A DNA stretch of 28,839 nt from Candidatus Eiseniibacteriota bacterium. Lineage in GTDB: Bacteria > Eisenbacteria > RBG-16-71-46. Shown piece after piece: positions 1 to 7,163 of this stretch. How positions within the stretch are numbered: the first letter of the stretch is position 1; every line of letters starts with the position of its first letter. A program made the translations under genes and the position numbers. The stretch is taken from assembly GCA_031364845.1 (NCBI GenBank), contig JANLWX010000203.1, forward strand, positions 1 through 28,839, given 5' to 3'. A model generated the notes under the pieces. That model ran no database searches and was not told where the DNA came from. It saw nothing but the letters and a program-made list of their open reading frames with translations.

Positions 1-117
1 ACTAACTCCCTCTTTCCCCGGGTGGCTCTACCCCCCCATCGCCTCGGTCGTTCTGACTCACCCCCCCCACCCCCACCCCCAAAACTCCCCCCCTTCGCGC
101 AACCCCCCCCCCCGCCC
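1..117. other. Low-complexity C-rich stretch at the window edge, probably low-quality contig-end sequence
   Basis: Several runs of 6-10 C (e.g. 61-80, 103-113), unlike the rest of the window; no credible ORF. Confidence 0.5.
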
Positions 118-1014
118 CTAAAAACCCCAGTTCAGTCCGAAGCGCATTCCTACTCCATGCTGATCGACGATCTCGTTGTACGTTTCGCCGGTCGGGTCCT
201 CGACGTCGCGCTCGAGCTCGGACACGTTGCGGAAGATCTCGACGTTCACGCGCGTCTGGCCCGACAGCGGAATCGCCACACCCGCCCATCCCTGCCAGCC
301 CCATCCGCCATAGGTCGCGTCGAACTGGTCGCCGGTCGTGAAGTCCTCGGCCGAGAGGAACAGCACTTCGTAACCGCCACCGATCCCGAAATAAGGATGC
401 ACGTCGTTCTCGTTGCCGGGCGAGATCTGGAGAAACGCCATGAGCGGGAACAGATTCGACGACGAACGCGCGAGCTCGAGCCGGCGCTCGGACGTGCCGC
501 CGCCGGGCAGCGGAACCTGGCTCACGATTTCGGTCGAGCGGCTCGACTTGTACGCCCAGTCGATACCGACGCCGAGTTGCACATTGTTGTCGAGGTTCGC
601 ACCGCCGCGCAGTCCGCCGATGAACCCGGCCTCCTGTTCGCCGTCGGGATCGAAGAAGCCGGCGTGGATCTGGCTGAACCCTTTGGAACCGCCGCGCGAC
701 TCGTAGCGGCCTTCCTCACGATCGCGATCGCGGTCGCGATCGCGGTCGCGGTCCCGGTCACGATAGCGGCGCGGGCGCCAGCGCACGGACTCCAGCACCG
801 TCGTGTGCGAGGCGAGCGAGGGCGCGTCGGCGAATCCGCTGCTGACGGCGACCTGCGGTGCAGGAACGGCTGAGCTCGAAGCCGCGGAAGCGAAGGCAAC
901 CGTCGTGAGCGATGGAAGGGCGAGAGCGGAAGGCGTGTTTGTGTCGTCGGCCCGCGCGGCGGTGCCGAGCGCGAGCGCGCCGAACAGGGCGACCGTCATC
1001 AGATGGCGCTTCAT
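118..1014 (-). CDS. Outer-membrane beta-barrel protein (OmpA/porin-like) with a low-complexity N-terminal region and an (RD)7 tract
   Basis: GGAGG RBS just upstream of ATG 1014 (the ORF track starts too far upstream). Signal peptide MKRHLMTVALFGALALGTAARA. Amphipathic strands such as HPYFGIGGGY. Ends in MRFGLNWGF, a C-terminal Phe beta-signal. Confidence 0.8.
   Translation of the reverse strand: MKRHLMTVALFGALALGTAARADDTNTPSALALPSLTTVAFASAASSSAVPAPQVAVSSGFADAPSLASHTTVLESVRWRPRRYRDRDRDRDRDRDRDREEGRYESRGGSKGFSQIHAGFFDPDGEQEAGFIGGLRGGANLDNNVQLGVGIDWAYKSSRSTEIVSQVPLPGGGTSERRLELARSSSNLFPLMAFLQISPGNENDVHPYFGIGGGYEVLFLSAEDFTTGDQFDATYGGWGWQGWAGVAIPLSGQTRVNVEIFRNVSELERDVEDPTGETYNEIVDQHGVGMRFGLNWGF
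718..762 (-). repeat. Imperfect hexanucleotide coding repeat for (Arg-Asp)7-Arg
   Basis: Minus strand reads cgt gac cgg gac cgc gac cgc gat cgc gac cgc gat cgc gat cgt. Confidence 0.85.
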
Positions 1015-1173
1015 GATTCCTCCTTGGGCGCATGCGCGTTGGGGACCGCGACGAGCCGTAATCCGCGTCGAAAGGGCAGTGGACAACGAATAGGACGAGT
1101 CCGGGCTGCTCAGGGTTGGAAACAATCGCCGGACGACCGTTGTTGCCTTGGGCGCCCGCTCCGCCTCGTACTT

Positions 1174-1189
1174 GGCACGCGGCGTGCCG
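1174..1189 (-). promoter_or_regulatory. Candidate sigma54 -24/-12 promoter; palindromic, so it also reads on the + strand
   Basis: Minus strand CGGCACGCCGCGTGCC and plus strand TGGCACGCGGCGTGCC (1173-1188) both have GGCACG and GG-N10-GC spacing. It lies in the divergent intergenic region. Confidence 0.45.
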
Positions 1190-1404
1190 TTCCGAGTGCC
1201 TGAATTGCATTCCAGCAATGGCGCGTTCGGAGCGATATTCACGCGTCTGCGCGCCGGTCGCCACGATTGTGGTGCGCCGTCCTAAGCCAATGGCGGAGAG
1301 GGTGTCGCAGGCTCGCGGCCCGTCTGTTGCGGGAGCGCCGCACCCATGCTAATGCTCCGCACCGGTACGGAACATTGGCGTGCCGCTCACTCGAAAGAGA
1401 GTCC

Positions 1405-2298
1405 ATGCACCGGCCAATCCCCACCGCGCTCTACAATTTTTCCCGACCGACCTTACACGGCGCTTCGATCGCCGGAGTGATCCTCGCCGCGACATTCGCT
1501 TTCGCAGTGGCCGGCCCGGCCGAAGCCCAGACCTCGGGACCCACCGTCGCTCGCGAAGACACCATGCACACCCAAGTTTCGGAGGTGCTGGTCCGCGCGC
1601 CGCGCGTCACGCTCGATGAGATCCTCGATCGTGTGGCCCGCGGCGAGGCCCGGCGGGAATCGCTGATCGTGGACCAGCAGTTCATCGCGAGCTTTCGCCT
1701 GGTGCGGCCCGCCGGCAGCAAGGGCGACACTGCGACGATCCTGTCCGAGCGTGTGATGCGCGTTTACAAGAAGAAGCCGAATCACGTCCGCACGGTGATG
1801 CTGCGTGAGTACGAACGGGACCGCCGTAAAGGCAACGCGGAGGTCAACGTCGACTTCCGCGGCGGCATGGACGAGGAGATCGTGAATTTCGCGTTCCGCC
1901 CGGAAGCGCGTCGCGATTTTCGCTATCGCATCGTGGGGCGCGATTTCGTCGGCGGCCATCTCATCTATCGCATCGAGTTCTCCCCCAAGTCTCCGCTCGA
2001 TCGCACGCAGCCGAGCGGTCTCGTATGGGTGGACACGAACGAATTCGTGATCGTGCGCCAGGAAGTGAAATTCGACCGCTCGCCGGTGCCGCTGTTCATC
2101 AAGAACGTCGAGCGCATGGTGATCGAGCGCAAGAAGTACGGCGAGCACTGGGTGATGAGCCGCGCGATGATCCGGATCGCCTCGTCCATCAAGCTTCCGA
2201 AGCTCGGCAAAGGGTTCGACTTCTCGCTGCGCTTCGACCAGTACGTCATGAACGCGGGGATCGACGACGCGATCTTCCGCGAAGGTACGGGGCGATGA
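1405..2298 (+). CDS. Exported beta-rich protein, LolA/outer-membrane-sorting-like, resembling the N-terminal half of DUF5686 proteins
   Basis: ATG 1405 after AAAGAGAG. Signal-like segment ending AGPAEA|Q. Motif FRYRIVGRDFVGGHLIYRIEFSPK...SGLVWVDTNEFVIVR. The stop overlaps the next ATG. Confidence 0.7.
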   Translation: MHRPIPTALYNFSRPTLHGASIAGVILAATFAFAVAGPAEAQTSGPTVAREDTMHTQVSEVLVRAPRVTLDEILDRVARGEARRESLIVDQQFIASFRLVRPAGSKGDTATILSERVMRVYKKKPNHVRTVMLREYERDRRKGNAEVNVDFRGGMDEEIVNFAFRPEARRDFRYRIVGRDFVGGHLIYRIEFSPKSPLDRTQPSGLVWVDTNEFVIVRQEVKFDRSPVPLFIKNVERMVIERKKYGEHWVMSRAMIRIASSIKLPKLGKGFDFSLRFDQYVMNAGIDDAIFREGTGR

Positions 2299-3632
2299 TG
2301 GCGCGCGGCATCATCGCGAGCGTGGGGCTGGCGGCGTTCCTCGCGCTCGCCGTTCCCGCCGGCGCCGGCACGATCGCCGCGGACGCCGACACGACGCTCG
2401 ATGGATTCCTCGATCAACTCGCGGATTCGACCTCGGAGTACTTCGGGGCTTCCGCCGCGCCGCTCGACACGGCGGGCCTCGACAGCGCGCTCGTCTATGG
2501 TCTCGCGCACCCGCGCGCGCGGCGCACGTCACTGCGGCCGTCGTTCAACCCCGACTTCATGTTCAACCGCGTCGACGGTCCGGTGTACTTGCTGGGGATG
2601 GGAATCGGCGCGGAGCGCTCGCCGGGCGAGCTGCGCGCCGAGGTCGGCTACGCGTCGGGCCCCAACGATGTTCTGTGGCAGGTGCGCGGAACGCGGAGTT
2701 TTCGCGCCCTCGGCGGACGCTGGCGGCTCGCGGCCGGCGGCGGCCTTGCGACCGGCAGCATGGATCGCGAGCGCACCGGGGCGCGGCTCACGTCGGCGCG
2801 CGCGTTCCTGTTCGGGAAGGACGACAACCACTATCTCCGCCGCGAGGGCTTCGATATCGGACTGCAACGCGAGGCCGCGTTCGCGCTGGTCGGAGTCCGC
2901 TATCGCGACGTGGACGAATCTCCGATCGCGACCTCGGCCGGATGGAATCTGTTCCGTCGGCCGTTGTCGACCTACAGCAATCTCGCCGCGTATCCCGGGC
3001 GTGCACGCGAGTTCGAATACTCGGCGCTCGTGAAGGTCGATCCGTTCCCGGCCGAGGCCGAGGTCATCCACCAGACCTCGGGAAACGCGATCGGCAGCGA
3101 CTTCGAGTATCGCAGGACGCGCGTCGCATTGAGCGGCAACGTCGGTCTGGCAGCGCGGGCGACGTTGATGCCGCAGTTGGTCTACGGGCGTCTCACCGGC
3201 CAGGCGCTGCCGCAGGCGTCGTTCTATCTCGGCGGCTCGCGCACGATGCGCAGCATGTCGAGCAGCGCGCGCGGCGGAACCGGCTTTGCGCAGGCACGAC
3301 TCGAAGTGATCGGCGCCGACGACGTGCTCGAGACGCTGCGGATTCCGCATCCCGCATTCCTCCCGCTCCAGATCGGCGTGTTCGGGGGCGTGGGTGCGGT
3401 GTGGGGCGTCGATCCGTTCGGCGGCCCTTCGCGTTCCGGAGGCGACTGGCCGGACCGTGAACACTGGGTGAGCGAAGCCGGCGTGTCGCTGATCTATCAA
3501 CCCGGGTTCCCGAGCCCGACCACGCTCATGCGGGTCAACTATGCATGGCCACTCGGCCCCGAGCGCGAGTCGTCGAACTTCTCGGTGTCGATCTCGCACG
3601 CGATGGATTTCTTGAAGACCGCGCGCGACTAA
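2295..3632 (+). CDS. Omp85/BamA-TamA-like beta-barrel without POTRA domains (DUF5686 C-terminal-like)
   Basis: ATGA overlap with the upstream stop at 2296-2298. Own signal peptide (MMARGIIASVGLAAFLALAVPAGA). FNRVDG motif; loop-6-like FYLGGSRTMRS; C-terminal SEAGVSL...MRVNYAWPL pattern typical of Omp85 barrels. Confidence 0.7.
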   Translation: MMARGIIASVGLAAFLALAVPAGAGTIAADADTTLDGFLDQLADSTSEYFGASAAPLDTAGLDSALVYGLAHPRARRTSLRPSFNPDFMFNRVDGPVYLLGMGIGAERSPGELRAEVGYASGPNDVLWQVRGTRSFRALGGRWRLAAGGGLATGSMDRERTGARLTSARAFLFGKDDNHYLRREGFDIGLQREAAFALVGVRYRDVDESPIATSAGWNLFRRPLSTYSNLAAYPGRAREFEYSALVKVDPFPAEAEVIHQTSGNAIGSDFEYRRTRVALSGNVGLAARATLMPQLVYGRLTGQALPQASFYLGGSRTMRSMSSSARGGTGFAQARLEVIGADDVLETLRIPHPAFLPLQIGVFGGVGAVWGVDPFGGPSRSGGDWPDREHWVSEAGVSLIYQPGFPSPTTLMRVNYAWPLGPERESSNFSVSISHAMDFLKTARD

Positions 3633-3695
3633 GAGAGGGCTGAGAACTTCGATCGCTGCCTTTGCCTCCGACTCCTGAAAGCCGCCGGCCACAGG

Positions 3696-3730
3696 GAAAC
3701 CCCCGGAAAAAATCTCTCCCCGGGGGTTTC
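3696..3730. terminator. Hairpin between convergent genes, probable terminator
   Basis: Perfect 11-bp inverted repeat GAAACCCCCGG (3696-3706) / CCGGGGGTTTC (3720-3730) between the stops at 3632 and 3763. Confidence 0.6.
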
Positions 3731-3762
3731 GTATCGTATGACCCGACGTTTCGTCGAAATCC

Positions 3763-4086
3763 TCAGGTGGTGCGGCCGTTGTGGCGCATGCGATAGATGC
3801 GCCCGCTCTGACGGTCCTGCATGCGTTCCATGCGCATCCGTTCGCGCATGCCGAACTTTCCGTCCGCCTTCATCCGGCGCTCCATGCGATGGACGCGAAT
3901 CTGGCCGCGATGCAGACGACGGGCTTCGCCCCGCGTGAGATCGCCGCGACGCATGCCGTCCGCGATGCGAACGTGCTGGCGATCTTCGCGGGCGTCGACG
4001 CGGCGCGATTGCGGATGAGCGGAGGCGACGCCGGCAAAAGTCACAAGCGCGAGTACTGCGATGATCGTGGAGGTGAAGCGCTTCAT
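3763..4086 (-). CDS. Small secreted Arg-rich alpha-helical hypothetical protein (107 aa)
   Basis: GAGGAG RBS before ATG 4086. Signal peptide MKRFTSTIIAVLALVTFAGVASA. Internally duplicated motif GDLTRGEARRL / DGKFGMRERMRM, which I recognise from conserved small exported proteins. Confidence 0.8.
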   Translation of the reverse strand: MKRFTSTIIAVLALVTFAGVASAHPQSRRVDAREDRQHVRIADGMRRGDLTRGEARRLHRGQIRVHRMERRMKADGKFGMRERMRMERMQDRQSGRIYRMRHNGRTT

Positions 4087-4250
4087 GGGAGTCTCCTCGA
4101 ATCCGTGTGAACGGGGAGCCTCCCGGCTATGGCGCCGGGAGGATGTCGGAGCGCTCGGTCGTGCCTGGCCTGGTTCTGACCCGGTGCCGCTCGCGCGTCT
4201 CGCGGGCGGCGATGGCTCGGCGGGAACCGTGCGCTTCGAGACTGATGAAG

Positions 4251-4266
4251 AGCAGGCGGCGTGCCG
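4251..4266 (-). promoter_or_regulatory. Candidate sigma54 -24/-12 promoter for the small secreted protein
   Basis: Minus strand CGGCACGCCGCCTGCT, with GG-N10-GC spacing; 14 of 16 bases identical to the element at 1174-1189. Confidence 0.5.
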
Positions 4267-4449
4267 CGCGAGTGCACCGGACACAACCGGAGGTGCGGCA
4301 GCGGCTTGACCGCGGCGGAACGAACTCCATTCCGCCGCCCGGTGCTCCGCGGGGTTCATGCGGGCGGGTGGCCGTGCCCCCATCGGTTCAGTGGAGAGGC
4401 GACAATACGGGGTGCGTTAGCGAGACGATGGGATGCGGACTCGCGCGTC

Positions 4450-5670
4450 TCAGCCGAGCCGCTCCCACACCCGCTTCGCGCACTCGCGCGCGCGGGCGGC
4501 GACTTCGCGCTCGTCGAGCGTGACGAGCACACCGTTGTCCATGACGATCTCGCCCGACACCATGACTCCGGAGACTGGTGCTCGCAGCAACCCGGCCCAC
4601 AGATGCTCCGACAACGTACGCGCGGAGAATTCCGTCGACGGCCGATAGTCGACCAGCGCGAGGTCGGCCGGCGCGCCCGGCGTGAGCGTGCCGAGTCCTT
4701 CGCCGAAGAACCGGCCGGCCCACTCGGGTCCGTTCACGAACAGTCTTCGATAGTGCGCATCGGCGCGCGCGCCGAGCGTCCAGCCGTGCGTGATGTCGGG
4801 CAGCGGGGGCGCGTTCACCGATGTGTCGCTGCCCCAGCCGACATCGGCCTCACGCACGAGTGCGGCGACCGAGCCGAAGCCGACCGCGCTCAACAGGTCG
4901 CCGCGTTCGCGCGCGGCGGCGATCAGCTCGCGCGGGGCGATCTCGGCGTGCGCCCACACGGCGGTCGGCATCGCGCCGCGTTGCGCGGAACGCGCGCGCC
5001 CGCGCTCGGCGGGCGTGAGGTCGAGCGCGAGATCGACGTGCACCGGCATCCGGTCGCCCGCGATGTCGAGCGCATCGTCGACCATCGACGTCATGCCCGC
5101 GAGCGTGGTCGGCTGCACGCCGAGCATCGCGCGGATCTTGCCGTCGAAACGCCGGCCCATCTCGGCGCCGAAGCCGCGCGACTCCTCGGTCGTCGATCGG
5201 CGTTCATGCGGCGTATCGGCCTCGGACACGCCCCAGCACGTGGCGACGCGAACGCCCACCGCAGCCGCGGCCGCGACGACTTCCGACAGCGACACGTCGA
5301 CCGAAGGGCCCGAGCGATGGAAGTCGCACACCGTGGTCACACCGTGACGCACGCCTTCCACGAGTGAGCCCGCGACCGCCCAGTACACGTCTTCGGGCGA
5401 CAGCGCGCGCTCGTAGCGCTTCCACTCGTTGGGCGAACGCAACGGCAGGCCGCGCGCCAGATGCCGAGCGAGGTGCGCGTGCGTGTTCACGAAGCCCGGC
5501 ATGATCACCCGCCCGCGCGCCGGCCACCGCATGTCGTCGGGATACGCGGCGGCGAGTTGCCCGGCCGGGCCGACGTGCGAGATGTGGGCGCCGAGCACGC
5601 GCACCGCGGCGTCCTCGAGCACCGCGGGCTTCGCCCCGCCGGTCACGACCGTGCACGGTCCGATGATCAC
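4450..5670 (-). CDS. SsnA-like amidohydrolase family protein with a degenerate active site
   Basis: GTG 5670 overlaps the upstream TGA (GTGA). Motifs PGFVNTHAH, GVTTVCDFH, AH, GSD and GAPADLALVDY are present. The expected HxHxxE reads HVDLAL. Confidence 0.8.
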   Translation of the reverse strand: MIIGPCTVVTGGAKPAVLEDAAVRVLGAHISHVGPAGQLAAAYPDDMRWPARGRVIMPGFVNTHAHLARHLARGLPLRSPNEWKRYERALSPEDVYWAVAGSLVEGVRHGVTTVCDFHRSGPSVDVSLSEVVAAAAAVGVRVATCWGVSEADTPHERRSTTEESRGFGAEMGRRFDGKIRAMLGVQPTTLAGMTSMVDDALDIAGDRMPVHVDLALDLTPAERGRARSAQRGAMPTAVWAHAEIAPRELIAAARERGDLLSAVGFGSVAALVREADVGWGSDTSVNAPPLPDITHGWTLGARADAHYRRLFVNGPEWAGRFFGEGLGTLTPGAPADLALVDYRPSTEFSARTLSEHLWAGLLRAPVSGVMVSGEIVMDNGVLVTLDEREVAARARECAKRVWERLG

Positions 5671-7016
5671 GCGGCCCCCGCACGGCGCATCAAGCCCTGC
5701 GCCTCCGCACGCGCATCCGCGATGACGCGCTGCGGATCGAGCGTCGACCACGCTCCGTCGCGGTAGAGCACGCGCCCGGCCACCATCGTGAGCTTCACAT
5801 CACCCGGCCGGGCGGCTTCGACGATCGCCACGTGCGGATCGTGATCGGCGAACGGCGCCATGTGCGCACCCGCAGCATCGATCACGATCAGGTCGGCCTG
5901 CTTGCCGGATTCGAGCGAGCCGATCGCGTCCTGCCAGCCGAGCGCCGCGGCACCGTCGAGTGTGGCGAGCGACAGCACTTCGCGGGCCGACAAGGGTGCG
6001 GACGGATCCTGAACCCGCGCGACCCCCGAGGCGAGGCTCATCTCGTGGAAGGTGTCGAGCCGGTTGTTGCACGCCGCACCGTCGGAGCCGAGGCCGCAAC
6101 GCAGGCCTGCGCGTTTCCACTCGCGCACGCGCGCCAGACCCGATCCCAGTTTGAGATTTGATCCCGGGCAATGGACGAGTGCCGCGTCCGCGCGCTTCAG
6201 CGCGGCGAGTTCGTCGGGATCGAGCCACACGCCGTGAGCGCCGACGAAGCGTGGGCTCAACACGTCGTGCGCGGCGAAGTACCGCGCCGCGGTGTCGTCG
6301 ACCGCCGCGCGCACCGCCGCCGCTTCACTCGGACTCTCGGCGAGGTGCGTGTGGACGACCAGGCCGCGGGCGCGCGAAGCCTCGCGCACGTCGCGCCACA
6401 GCGCTTCGCTGCACGAGAGGATGAAGCGCGGCGCGAGCGACACGCGCAGCCGGCCGGCGGCCGCGCCATCGAAGCGGTCGGCGATCGCGAGCGCGTCTTC
6501 GATCGCGGCCTTCGCGGTTTCGCGCAATCCGGCCGGCACGCCTTCGCCCTGGTCCATCAGCGCCTTGCCGAACAACGCGCGGATGCCGGTGGCTTCGAGC
6601 ACCGCGGCGATCGCCGGCGTGTGATGGACGCTGCCCATGTCGTTGATGCAGGTGACACCGCCCGCGAGCAACTCGAGCACGCCGAGGCGCGCGGAGGCCG
6701 CGATCGAAGCTTCGGTATGCGCCGCCTCGAACGGCCAGATCGCTTCGCGCAGCCAGTGCAGCAGATCGCACTGCTCCGCGCGCCCGCGAAACAACGTCTG
6801 GCACAGATGCAGGTGGCCCTGCACGAAACCCGGAAGCACGAATGCGTTCGCGGCGTCGATGCGCTCGAGGCCGGCGGGCAACGTCGCCGCCCGCGCCGTC
6901 GCGGCGGACCCGACACCCGTGATGACGCCGTCCTCGATCAGCACGTCCCCGCGGACGATGGTCCCCGCGCGATCCATGCACACGACGGTTCCGGAGTGAA
7001 CGAGATACGTGCTCAG
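5667..7016 (-). CDS. Amidohydrolase, 5'-deoxyadenosine/MTA-SAH deaminase-like
   Basis: Complete motif set: PGFVQGHLHLCQTLFRG, HTHLAE, AHGVWL, HCPGSNLKLGSG, GSDGAACNN. Start placed at CTG 7016, 8 nt after GGAGG; the ORF track uses GTG 6983. Confidence 0.85.
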   Translation of the reverse strand: MSTYLVHSGTVVCMDRAGTIVRGDVLIEDGVITGVGSAATARAATLPAGLERIDAANAFVLPGFVQGHLHLCQTLFRGRAEQCDLLHWLREAIWPFEAAHTEASIAASARLGVLELLAGGVTCINDMGSVHHTPAIAAVLEATGIRALFGKALMDQGEGVPAGLRETAKAAIEDALAIADRFDGAAAGRLRVSLAPRFILSCSEALWRDVREASRARGLVVHTHLAESPSEAAAVRAAVDDTAARYFAAHDVLSPRFVGAHGVWLDPDELAALKRADAALVHCPGSNLKLGSGLARVREWKRAGLRCGLGSDGAACNNRLDTFHEMSLASGVARVQDPSAPLSAREVLSLATLDGAAALGWQDAIGSLESGKQADLIVIDAAGAHMAPFADHDPHVAIVEAARPGDVKLTMVAGRVLYRDGAWSTLDPQRVIADARAEAQGLMRRAGAA

Positions 7017-7127
7017 TGGTGACGCCTCCCTGCGGATTCAGCGATCGGCCGCAATCCGTGCGGCTCGCGGGGGCAACTTACGCCGCGCGGCAAGCGAGTT
7101 CAACCGCCGCGGCGCGCGGCTGCCGCG

Positions 7128-7157
7128 TTGACCCGCCGCCGCGCGCACTCCTACGCT
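7128..7157 (+). promoter_or_regulatory. sigma70-type promoter predicting a leaderless pabB transcript
   Basis: TTGACC-N18-TACGCT. ATG 7164 begins 7 nt after the end of the -10 box and has no Shine-Dalgarno sequence. Confidence 0.5.
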
Positions 7158-7163
7158 TCATGC

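Noticed and set aside
1..304. Poly-Pro and poly-Gly ORFs (22..873 +, 2..304 -)
   Set aside because: They derive from C-runs at the window edge and the antisense of the barrel gene; no RBS or recognisable domain.
4376..4445. GCCCCCATCGGTTCAGTGG resembles the 5' end of a tRNA
   Set aside because: No T-arm (GTTCRA), anticodon arm or matching acceptor stem downstream.
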